From Terriglobia bacterium (GTDB taxonomy: Bacteria > Acidobacteriota > Polarisedimenticolia > Polarisedimenticolales > CAVOVZ01), in contig CAVOVZ010000013.1 of assembly GCA_963699985.1 (NCBI GenBank), forward strand, positions 327,852 through 391,851: a stretch of 64,000 nt of DNA, read 5' to 3'. A program made the translations under genes and the position numbers. Below, one piece after another: positions 52,164 through 60,934 of the stretch. How positions within the stretch are numbered: position 1 is the stretch's first letter; every line of letters starts with the position of its first letter. The notes under the pieces were generated by a model. It was not told where the DNA came from and searched no databases. It worked only from the letters and a program-made list of their open reading frames with translations.

Positions 52164-52790
52164 ATGGAGATCAAGAAGATGCGGAAACTGATGTACCTGT
52201 TCGGGATCGTGCTGCTCGTGGCTTCTGTGAACGGATGCGCCAAGCCGCCGCAGGCGGACATCGACGTCGCGAAGCAGGCGCTCGACGCCGCGCGCAGCGC
52301 CGACGCGGGCACCTACGCGCAGGCCTCGCTCCGCGCGGCCGAGGACGCGTTGGCCCAGCTGGACACCGAGCTGAAGGCGCAGGAAGAGAAGTTCGCGCTG
52401 TTCCGTTCCTACAAGAAGGCGACCGAGCTGGCCACCGCCGCCAAGGCGGCGGGCGAGAAGGCATCGACCGACGCCGCTGCAGGCAAGGAAGCGAAGAAGA
52501 ACGAGGCCCAGGCGGCAATCACGGACGTCAAGACGATGCTCGACGAGACCAGGGCGATGGTCGACAAGGCACCCACCGGAAAGGGAACGCAGACCGACAT
52601 CGCGGCCTTGAAGGCCGACCTGGACGGCGCCATGGCCGCCATCACCGAAGCCGAGACCGCTTTCGGCTCCGAGAAGTACATGGACGCGATCGCCCGGGTT
52701 GAAGGCGCCAAGAGCACCATCGGCAACGTCAAGAGCTCCATCGAGCAGGCGATTGCCATGAAGGCTGCGGCGAAGGGCGGCAGGAAGTAG
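52164..52790 (+). CDS. Ala/Lys-rich helical lipoprotein (DUF4398-like)
   Basis: ATG 52164 after GGAGG. Lipobox LLVASVNGC. Contains ...DIDVAKQALDAARSADAGTYAQASLRAAEDALAQLDTELKAQ... Confidence 0.7.
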   Translation: MEIKKMRKLMYLFGIVLLVASVNGCAKPPQADIDVAKQALDAARSADAGTYAQASLRAAEDALAQLDTELKAQEEKFALFRSYKKATELATAAKAAGEKASTDAAAGKEAKKNEAQAAITDVKTMLDETRAMVDKAPTGKGTQTDIAALKADLDGAMAAITEAETAFGSEKYMDAIARVEGAKSTIGNVKSSIEQAIAMKAAAKGGRK

Positions 52791-52920
52791 CTTCCGACTT
52801 GCCGAATCGAGGGGGCACGGCTGCCGCACGGCCGTGCCCCTTTCGGTGTTCGGAGGTCGCTCCAGGCACATCTCCCCGATGGTGATCCCGGAGCGTTCTC
52901 GGCCCTATATTAGTGGTGCG

Positions 52921-54120
52921 ATGAAAATCCGTGAAAATCGCTCTCTCGCTCGCGGACGGTGGACTCGTGTCGTTCTGGTCCTTCTGACCGTCGGCGTTCC
53001 CGTCCTCGGAGGGGCGGCCGCGCTGCCGGTTCTGACAGGGCGCACGGAGGCTCCTCGGTTCAGTCTCGAGGCCGCCTGGAAGGCGGTGAACTCGGCGCGC
53101 GATTCCGGGGCGATCCGATGGGCGCCGGAAGATCTCTTGCGGGCCGAGTCTGCGCTGCGCGCAGCCATGCTCGAGCACCGCCGCCAAGAAACTCGATTCG
53201 TGCTGCTCCGGAACTTCGCTGCGGCTCGGGCCGGCTTTCGCAGCACCGAAGAAAAGGCGCGCATCGCCGCCGAGCAGGCGGTACGGAACCGCGAGGCCGC
53301 CGACCTGGCGGCCGACCATGCCATCGAGCTGGCCGCGAGCGCGGTGGAGCAGGCGGACGGATATGCATCTTCCCTGCACCTCGAGTACGGGAAGCGCCGC
53401 CTGCTCCAACGGTCGAAGATCGGCCTCGCGGAGGCGAGACATCTCCGGAAGGTGGGAGAGCCCGAGAGCGCCAGAGATCGCGCGTCGCTCGCCGAAAAGA
53501 GCGCCTCGGAAGTGCGAGCGGCGGCCGTCGCGATGGCCGCGCGCTACACCGACCCCGAGCGTGTACGGATCTGGCGCCGGTGGGTCGAAGAAGCGATTGA
53601 TCAGTCCCGGCGGTCCGGCGGAAAGTCGATCGTGGTCTTCAAGGAGAACCACGCGCTCCACCTCTACGAAAGCGGCCGGCTCACCCGGACGTACCGCGCG
53701 GAGATGGGATACAACGCGCTCCAGACCAAGCTCCGGGCCGGCGACGGATCGACCCCGGAGGGCCGCTATCGCATCACCGCGAAGAAGGGCCCGGGGCAGT
53801 CCACGTACTACAAGGCGCTCCTTCTCAACTACCCCAACGAGGAGGACCGCTCGCGGTTCGAGCGCGCCCGGCGGTCCGGGGCGATCCCCCGCTGGGCGAC
53901 CCCAGGCGGCCTCATCGAGATCCACGGCGAAGGGGGCCGAGGAAAGGACTGGACGAAGGGTTGCGTCGCGCTCGAAAACCGAGACATCGATGACCTCTTC
54001 GCCCGGGCCGCCGTGGGGACTCCGGTCACCATCGTGGGGAGCAACGGCCGGGGAGGCGTCTTCACCGAGATGGTCCGGGAGAGCCAGAGCTCCTCGACGG
54101 CCACGGCGGGGACACGATGA
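52921..54120 (+). CDS. L,D-transpeptidase (YkuD domain) with long helical N-terminal region
   Basis: ATG 52921. TM/signal VVLVLLTVGVPVLGGAA. Helical part ...AWKAVNSARDSGAIRWAPEDLLRAESALRAA... Catalytic region ...STPEGRYRITAK...GGLIEIHGEGG...TKGCVALENRDIDDLF. Confidence 0.8.
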   Translation: MKIRENRSLARGRWTRVVLVLLTVGVPVLGGAAALPVLTGRTEAPRFSLEAAWKAVNSARDSGAIRWAPEDLLRAESALRAAMLEHRRQETRFVLLRNFAAARAGFRSTEEKARIAAEQAVRNREAADLAADHAIELAASAVEQADGYASSLHLEYGKRRLLQRSKIGLAEARHLRKVGEPESARDRASLAEKSASEVRAAAVAMAARYTDPERVRIWRRWVEEAIDQSRRSGGKSIVVFKENHALHLYESGRLTRTYRAEMGYNALQTKLRAGDGSTPEGRYRITAKKGPGQSTYYKALLLNYPNEEDRSRFERARRSGAIPRWATPGGLIEIHGEGGRGKDWTKGCVALENRDIDDLFARAAVGTPVTIVGSNGRGGVFTEMVRESQSSSTATAGTR

Positions 54121-54866
54121 TCGAGGGCGAACTTCGCGCGGCGCCGGAAGGGACGATCGGGCGCCCGCGACGGCGAGCGCTGGTTCTGGCGTTCCCGGCA
54201 GGGTTCGGTCTACGACCGTGGATCTGGCTTCCCGCTGCGTTCCTGGTGCTCCTGGGAACTCTCTCGTTCGGAACCGGTTTCTTCTACGGCCCCATCGGCT
54301 CGCGCCCGCCGACTCTTCCGGCCGCGATGGCGGGGAAGGCTCCGGAAGCGTTCCTCAAAGACGTGGTACGCCTCCGTGCCGAGAAGAAGGGGCTGGAAGG
54401 CTCGCTGCGCCAGAAGACGCCCCGCGGCACCCACATCGTCATCGACCAGACCCAGAATCGCCTGTTCGTCAGGAAGGACGGCCAGGTCGTTCTCGAGGCG
54501 AAGTGCTCCGCCGGATCCGGGATGGTGCTTTCCGAGGAGGGCGGAAAAGAGCGCCGCTGGGTGTTCGATACCCCGCGAGGACAGTTCCGCGTTCTGAGCA
54601 AGATGGCGAACCCGGTTTGGAAGAAGCCCGACTGGGCGTTCGTGGAGGAGGGCAAACCCATCCCGAAGGACCCCGAGGAGCGTTTCGAGGCCGGGACGTT
54701 GGGAGAGTACGCGCTCTACTTCGGCAACGGGTACATGATCCACGGGACGCTCTACGAGCGGCTGCTCGGCCGGAGCGTGACTCACGGTTGCATCCGGCTC
54801 GGCAGAGACGATCTGCGCGTCGTCTGGAAGGAGGCGCCCGTGGGAACTCCGATCTACATCTACTGA
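54117..54866 (+). CDS. L,D-transpeptidase (YkuD domain)
   Basis: ATG 54117 overlaps the upstream stop (ATGA). TM segment LPAAFLVLLGTLSFGTGFF. Contains ...VIDQTQNRLFVRKDGQVV...TPRGQFRV... and ...YMIHGT...SVTHGCIRLGRDDL. Confidence 0.85.
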   Translation: MIEGELRAAPEGTIGRPRRRALVLAFPAGFGLRPWIWLPAAFLVLLGTLSFGTGFFYGPIGSRPPTLPAAMAGKAPEAFLKDVVRLRAEKKGLEGSLRQKTPRGTHIVIDQTQNRLFVRKDGQVVLEAKCSAGSGMVLSEEGGKERRWVFDTPRGQFRVLSKMANPVWKKPDWAFVEEGKPIPKDPEERFEAGTLGEYALYFGNGYMIHGTLYERLLGRSVTHGCIRLGRDDLRVVWKEAPVGTPIYIY

Positions 54867-54949
54867 ACGCCGTGGCGCCTCACCTCGCCATTTCGCGCTT
54901 TGCGACCGGAAGAGGTTCGGCCCACCTACCGCGGTGCGCCCGCAAGGAG

Positions 54950-55636
54950 GTGCGCGGAAGCCTCGGGGCCGCGGCCGTGTTCTTCGCCATCGTGGGGAGC
55001 TGCGTCCCCACCCCGTCGCGCGCGCAGGCCCTCCCCCGGGAAGAGGCTCTCCGTCTGTCGGCGGAGAACGATCTTCTCCGCAAGCGCGTCGAGCTCGCCA
55101 CGTCCAACGGTTTCTACCTGCTCCTCGACCCGAACGACCGCTCGCTCACCCTCATGCTCCAGGGGGCGATCCTGAACAGCTACCAGGTGTCCAAGGTCGA
55201 GGTCGGCGATCCTCGCGTGGCGTTCGTCTCTCGCGGCTCGGACGAGGACTGGCAGGGGCGGATCTGGGCAGGCGGAGCCCTGGTCCCTCCCCGCGCGCTG
55301 GACCGCGTCGAGATCAAACCCCCGCCGGCGGGACAAGAGAGCGCCGAGCCGGTCGCGCCCCCGCCGACGCCCGAAGAAGCGTATCCGGTTCCGTCCCGGT
55401 ACGGAATCCGATTCGACGGCGGTCTCTTTCTCGAGATGCAGCCGGGCGGCGAGGACGGTTCCCCCCATTCGATGTCCGACCGCCTTCGGCACTGGTTCGA
55501 GGACTTCAAGGAGGTCCTGCAGCGGCATCCGAAGGACCAGATGCGAATCCGCCTCAGCCTACGACCCGAGGACATGCGTTCGATCTACCGGTCGTTGCCG
55601 CCCGACGCGAAACTGCTGGTGGTCCCGGCGCGATAG
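54950..55636 (+). CDS. Hypothetical lipoprotein, last gene of the L,D-transpeptidase operon
   Basis: GTG 54950 within ORF 53318-55636. Lipobox-like AAAVFFAIVGSC. Ordinary composition (...NGFYLLLDPNDRSLTLMLQGAILNSYQVSKVEVGDPRVAF...). Confidence 0.55.
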   Translation: MRGSLGAAAVFFAIVGSCVPTPSRAQALPREEALRLSAENDLLRKRVELATSNGFYLLLDPNDRSLTLMLQGAILNSYQVSKVEVGDPRVAFVSRGSDEDWQGRIWAGGALVPPRALDRVEIKPPPAGQESAEPVAPPPTPEEAYPVPSRYGIRFDGGLFLEMQPGGEDGSPHSMSDRLRHWFEDFKEVLQRHPKDQMRIRLSLRPEDMRSIYRSLPPDAKLLVVPAR

Positions 55637-55767
55637 CGGATTCGGCCGACGCCGCGATTCGATCGACGCAAGTCCGCAGACGGCGCCGAGAGTACGAGGG
55701 TGCGCCGGAGAGACGTCGGGGAGGCTCGAGGAAACCCGACGCTACCGGCGGCGGACTGTTCCCGAGA

Positions 55768-56337
55768 TCAATGCTCCCCGGCAGCGTACCGGACGATGTC
55801 GTTCCCGCTGCCGTGGGATCGGGATGCCGGCCCTTTCCGCTCCTCGGACCATTTCTTCACTCCCCCGGGCCGAGTGCCGCCGATCTGATACAGCTTGCTC
55901 TTGTCGAAGATCATCAGATCCCTCGAGAGCCCGGTGACCACGTACGTCTTCGACATGAAAATCGCCTCTTCCGGGCAGACCTCCTCGCACAAGCCGCAGT
56001 AGATGCACCGGAGCATGTTGATGTCGAACTTCCGCGGGTACTTCTCGATCTGGTGGAGGCGGTCACCAGGGGGATATTCGGCGGCATCGATCGAGATGGC
56101 CAGGGGGGGGCAGACCCACTGGCACATGTAGCACGCGACGCACTTCTCCCTCCCGTCCTCGTCCTTCACGAGCGCGGGAACTCCGCGGTAGCGCGGACCG
56201 AACCGGTGCCGCTGCTCCGGATACTGGATCGTGTCCTTCTTCCGGAACATGTGGCGAAACGTCACCACCAGCCCGGCGAAGATGCTCGGAAGGTACAGAC
56301 GGTCCCAGAGGGACGGCTCGATACGCTTGACCTTCAT
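55768..56337 (-). CDS. NuoI-type 2x[4Fe-4S] ferredoxin subunit (orphan, outside any nuo operon)
   Basis: Colinear with NADH-quinone oxidoreductase subunit I: ...YPEQRHRFGPRYRGVPALVKDEDGREKCVACYMCQWVCP...INMLRCIYCGLCEEVCPEEAI. Confidence 0.85.
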   Translation of the reverse strand: MKVKRIEPSLWDRLYLPSIFAGLVVTFRHMFRKKDTIQYPEQRHRFGPRYRGVPALVKDEDGREKCVACYMCQWVCPPLAISIDAAEYPPGDRLHQIEKYPRKFDINMLRCIYCGLCEEVCPEEAIFMSKTYVVTGLSRDLMIFDKSKLYQIGGTRPGGVKKWSEERKGPASRSHGSGNDIVRYAAGEH

Positions 56338-56355
56338 GCTCGTCTCCCGCCCCGC

Positions 56356-56670
56356 TCAATCTCCGGGAAGCTCGACCTCGACCACCTCTCCGTCGCAGCG
56401 CGTGGGATAGGCGCCCACGCCGACCTCCGGCGCCTTGGGGCTGCTCCCCGTCCGCAGCTCGAAAATCCAGGAGTGCCACGGGCAGATGACCTTCCCCTGC
56501 ACCAGCAGGCCCTCTCCCAGGGATGCCCCGCGATGCGGACACGTATCGTCGATGGCGAAGAAGTCGCCGCCGTCGTTGAAGAGGGCGAGGCGCCGTCCGT
56601 CGGCCAGCACCGTTCGACCGGTTCCCATGGGAATCTCGCGCGGCCTCGCGACCTCGATCCAACGCCCCAT
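56356..56670 (-). CDS. Rieske [2Fe-2S] ferredoxin-like protein (NirD-like)
   Basis: 104 aa. The cluster ligands are CPHRGASL...CPWHSWIF. Confidence 0.85.
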   Translation of the reverse strand: MGRWIEVARPREIPMGTGRTVLADGRRLALFNDGGDFFAIDDTCPHRGASLGEGLLVQGKVICPWHSWIFELRTGSSPKAPEVGVGAYPTRCDGEVVEVELPGD

Positions 56671-56671
56671 C

Positions 56672-58864
56672 TCAGTCCCCGGCTCCCGGACCGGCGAGGC
56701 GACCGGCCACGATCTGCGCGACGTCCATGACCGCGAGCGACTCCTCCCGGCCCGTCTCGCTCACGCCGTCGGACAGCATCGTGATGCAGAACGGGCAGGC
56801 CGCGGCCACGATCCCGGCACCGGTGGCGGCAGCTTCCTCGACTCGGTTCCGATTGACCTTCGTTCCGATCTTCTCTTCCATCCACATGCGCGCCCCTCCG
56901 GCGCCGCAGCAGAAGCCGTTCTCCCGATTCCGAGACATCTCGCGAAGCCTCAGGCCAGGAACCGCCTGCAGCGCCTCGCGGGGAGAGTCGTAGACGCCGT
57001 TGTGACGTCCCAGGTAGCAGGAGTCGTGGAAGGCGACCTCGAGATCGCGCGCCGGCTCTCCCGCCAGTCGGATCCGTTTGTCGGACAGCAGCCGAGCGAT
57101 CACCTCCGTGTGGTGGGACACCTCGTAGTAGCCGCCGATCTGCGGGTACTCGTTCCGCAGCGTGTTGAAGCAGTGGGGACACTGGGTGATGATCCGCTTC
57201 ACGCCGTATCGGTTCAGGACGTCCACGTTCTGAGCCGCCAGGACTTGATACAGGTACTCGTTTCCCGCCCGCCGCGCCGGGTCTCCGGTGCACGACTCCT
57301 CGGGCCCGAGAATCGCGAAGCGGACCCCTGCTGCCCGTAGGATCGACGCGGTGGCTCGAGCGACCTTCTTGCTCCGATCGTCGAACGCGCCGGCGCATCC
57401 GACCCAGAGGAGATAGTCGATTTCCCCGGGAGTGTCGGCCATCAGCGGCACGTCGAGCCCCTGGGCCCAATCGGCGCGTGTCGCCGGGTCGATCCCCCAG
57501 GGGTTTCCCGCCTTCTCGAGGTTCCGGAAGGCGACCGTCAACTCGTTGGGAAATGAGCTGTCCTCGAGCACCAGTTTCCGGCGCATGCCGACGATCCGGT
57601 CGATGAACTCGATGAATAGCGGGCACGCCTCCTCGCACGCCCGGCAGGTGGTGCAGGACCAGAGCACGTCGTCATGGATCGTCTTCGACGGCAGGAGGGG
57701 GGCCTCAAAGCTCGGTGACCCCTCGCCGCGGCCCAGGAGCATCGGCAGCGCGGGGAACAGCGCGTCCCTCATGTCCTCGTTGATCTTCTTCGGATTGAGC
57801 GGCTTCCCGGTGGCAAAGGCCGGGCAGGCGTCCGTGCAGCGCCCGCACTCCGTGCACGAGTACACGTCCAGCAGGTCCTTCCACCGCATGTCCCGGAAGG
57901 TCGCGATCCCGAACCGCTCCGAGCGCTCGAGGTCCATCGGAGGAAGCGCCCCCGTGTCCAGCCGCCGAAAGAGGACCGACGGAAGGGCCGTGACCACATG
58001 GAAGTGCTTCGAAACCGGTAGATAGGTGAGGAAAAAGAGGAGCGAACCGAGGTGCAGCCACCAGGCCGTCTGGTGGAGCCCGCGAAGGAACCCCTCGCCG
58101 CCTCCTAGCAGCGGCGCGAGAAGCGCGCCCGCGAGAGAACGGTAGCCATCCGCACTCCCCGTCGACGCCGTCAGCGTCCCCGCCAGGACGAGGTCCGTCA
58201 GCATGAGGGACCCGATCAGAAGCAGAATGAGCGCCGCATCCCACGACCCGCTGAGTCGCGCGGGTCGGACCACGATGCGGCGGTACGCCGCCGCGAGCAC
58301 CATGGCGAGCACCGCGATCTCGAACAGGTCGCGAACCGCCACGTACGATTCGCCGAGCAGGGTCCCGGGGCCGAATCCCGGAACGTGCCAGCCAGGAGCG
58401 AAGCCGCCGACGACGAATTGGATCGTATTGAGGGACACCGCCAGAAAGCCCCAGAAGATCAGGGCGTGCATCCACCCTGCGCCGCGATGCCGCCGATCCA
58501 GGATCCGACGCTGCCCGAGGAACTGGGTGAAAACTCCCTCGAGCCGCTCCCTCCAGCGGTCGAGCCGTTCGGAGGGCTGCGCGGCGGCGAGGAGCGCCAG
58601 CCGGCTCTCCATCAGGTACCCGAACGTGCCGAGAGAGATGAGAAGGAGCGCCAGGAACAGCGCGAAGCCCAGCGGCGAATCCGTCGGCCTCAAGATCCCT
58701 CCCGAACGGTCCCGCCACCGGCTCTCGGTCTCGGGATTCGCGCCGTCGCGGCCCGTCGGCGGAGGACTCGTCGTTCCGGCGACCGGCGGGAAGCACCGCC
58801 AGCGGTGGAAGATGCTATCACGCGCTCGGACGGCCTCCAAGCGCACGGACGCCGAAAGGCGCAT
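56672..58864 (-). CDS. Membrane-anchored Fe-S oxidoreductase with ferredoxin and CCG domains (HdrD/GlpC/DsrK-like)
   Basis: N-terminal multi-TM region. CTECGRCTDACP and CTTCRACEEACP motifs. Two Cys-rich CCG-type regions (...WVGCAGAFD..., ...ITQCPHCFN..., ...FHDSCYLGR..., ...GFCCGAGG..., ...AACPFC). The true start may lie downstream of ATG 58864. Confidence 0.85.
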   Translation of the reverse strand: MRLSASVRLEAVRARDSIFHRWRCFPPVAGTTSPPPTGRDGANPETESRWRDRSGGILRPTDSPLGFALFLALLLISLGTFGYLMESRLALLAAAQPSERLDRWRERLEGVFTQFLGQRRILDRRHRGAGWMHALIFWGFLAVSLNTIQFVVGGFAPGWHVPGFGPGTLLGESYVAVRDLFEIAVLAMVLAAAYRRIVVRPARLSGSWDAALILLLIGSLMLTDLVLAGTLTASTGSADGYRSLAGALLAPLLGGGEGFLRGLHQTAWWLHLGSLLFFLTYLPVSKHFHVVTALPSVLFRRLDTGALPPMDLERSERFGIATFRDMRWKDLLDVYSCTECGRCTDACPAFATGKPLNPKKINEDMRDALFPALPMLLGRGEGSPSFEAPLLPSKTIHDDVLWSCTTCRACEEACPLFIEFIDRIVGMRRKLVLEDSSFPNELTVAFRNLEKAGNPWGIDPATRADWAQGLDVPLMADTPGEIDYLLWVGCAGAFDDRSKKVARATASILRAAGVRFAILGPEESCTGDPARRAGNEYLYQVLAAQNVDVLNRYGVKRIITQCPHCFNTLRNEYPQIGGYYEVSHHTEVIARLLSDKRIRLAGEPARDLEVAFHDSCYLGRHNGVYDSPREALQAVPGLRLREMSRNRENGFCCGAGGARMWMEEKIGTKVNRNRVEEAAATGAGIVAAACPFCITMLSDGVSETGREESLAVMDVAQIVAGRLAGPGAGD

Positions 58865-58907
58865 GCGAAAACCCGACGAGAAGGCGAAGCGTCTCGAACC
58901 GGTTCCG

Positions 58908-60933
58908 TCACGCGGGGCGCAGGACGAGCACCTCCGCTCGAGGGTTCACGCGCTCGACCCGCAGGGCCACGCGTTCTCCCAGACTCGCCGGGGTCAATCC
59001 CGGCACCTTCTCTTCGAGCAAGGTCTCCACCAGCTGCACCACCGTGGGGTGCTCGTCGATCACGATCGCATCGACAGTGGTTCCCACGAAGCGTTCCAGG
59101 AAGCGCAAGCGCCAGTAGAGGTCTCCGTCCCGCTCCGCCCGGCGCGCCTCGGCCTCCGCACGCTCCGTCGTGGCAGCGATCCTCTGGAGATCCTCGGTGC
59201 GGTAGAGCGGCGCCGCGCCCGAAAGGACGGAGGCGATCTGCCGGTGGAGCGCGAGATCCTGGTACCGGCGCAGCGGCGAGGTGGCTTGACAGTACGCCGG
59301 GAGGCCCAGCGCGAAGTGTCGAGCCGGTTGCAGCCCCACCTCGCCTCGCCGTAGTGACCGGCGCAGCGCACGAACCAGGACGGGGTCAACGACGGGGCCC
59401 GCAGGCAGGAGCGGAGGAGAATCGGGCGGCGCCTGCCGGCGGAAGAGGGCCGGGACGCCGCGCGCGACCAGGAATCGCGCCGCCACGGCGCCCGCGAGGA
59501 TCATCGCCTCGCTCACGATCCGCCGCGCGGGCGACAGCGAATCGAGCCGCTCGAGGCGAGGAACGCCGTCCGTTCCCACGTGAACTTCCGCTTCGTTCGT
59601 GAGGATGACGAGCGCGCCAGCGTCCACGCGGCGCGCCTCGAGCCGGCGCGCGACCTCGAACAGCTCCTCGAGATCGTCGGCCCACGGCCCTTCCGATCCG
59701 CCGATCATCCGATCGGCGTGGTCGTAGGTCAGCCTCGCGTGGGAGACGATGGCGCTGCGAACCACCTCCTCGCGCACGATGGAGCCCGAGCGGTCGACCT
59801 CCACCAGGAAGCTCAGCGCCGGCCGCTCTTCGCCTTCGACCAGGCTCGCAGCCGCCTCGGAGATCGCGGCGGGGAGCATGGGAATCCGCAGGTCGGGCAG
59901 GTACCGGGAGCAGGTGCGGCTCAGCGCCTCGCCATCCACGGCATCCCCGGGAGCGACGAACGCCGACGCATCCGCCACGTGGACCCCGATCCGCCATCCA
60001 CCGGGACACCCTTCGAGCGAGAGCGCATCGTCGATCTCCCGAGTGTGCGGGCCGTCCACCGTGATCGACCGGAGCGTCGTCAGGTCGCGACGTCCGGTCC
60101 GGTCCCACCCTCCCGCGACGGACGCTTCCGCTGCGGCGACGACCTCGGGCGGAAACCCGATCCTGAGGCCGTAACGGAGCGCGAGGAGGTTCTCGTCGTC
60201 GGAGGCGAACCGCGAGACCGCCCGTAGGAGCCGGAACGCCCTCTCCGCGGGACGGTCGCCTCGGACCCGGCTCCCCTCGAGCGCCTCCAGCGCGAGATCT
60301 CGGTGGCTGTCCGCAGCATCGGCGTCGCGAACGGCCAGCTCCTCGAGAGCGTGGAGGTACTTCTTCTCGACGTCGCTCCCGGTGGGGACGAACGTCTCGC
60401 CTGCGACCGCCCGGGCGAACGCTGCCAGGGCCTGCTGTCTCTCGGCCGCCCGCGACGAGGCCCGCTCCCTCTGCTTGCGAAGCTCGTCGAGCCGCTCCGC
60501 GGAGCGGGGCTCCCACCGGTCTTGGCGGCGTATGAAATGCTCGGACGATTCCGCCAGGGCCAGGGCGACGGCGGCTCTGCACGCCCCGCCGTCCTCGCCC
60601 AGCGCCAGGCTCGCCAGCGTCGCGAGGTCCAGTTCTTCGCCCGACTCCCGGGCGATCTCCGCCAGGGCCGCCACGTCCACAGCGCGCTCGAAGGTCCCGG
60701 ATCCGGGCTTCGGCGGCACGGAGGCGCCGTGCGGCCACCGGCGGATCGGCCACGCCGCCCGCCCCGCCCGGCTGGATCTCGATCGCGACGCGGTGCGAGG
60801 CGATCTTCTCCTCGGCCCCGACGGACCGCGCCACGCGGACGCGCTCCCCGTCGAGAGCGACCACGACTCCGAACGACAGCTCGTTCTGTTCCCACCATGC
60901 GACCACCGCACCGGGGAGCGGGCGGACGTGCAT
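58908..60933 (-). CDS. RNase II/R-family 3'-5' exoribonuclease (RNB domain), apparent 1-nt frameshift near 60.75 kb
   Basis: RNB motifs in the ORF 58908-60938 frame: ...ITVDGPHTREIDDALS..., ...YLPDLRIPMLP... and ...QATSPLRRYQDLALHRQ. The convincing N-terminus MHVRPLPGAVVAWWEQNELSFGVVVALDGERVRVARSVGAEEKIASHRVAIEIQPGG starts at ATG 60933 (SD GGAGG) in the other frame. The span is 2026 nt, i.e. 3n+1. Confidence 0.85.
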
Positions 60934-60934
60934 C

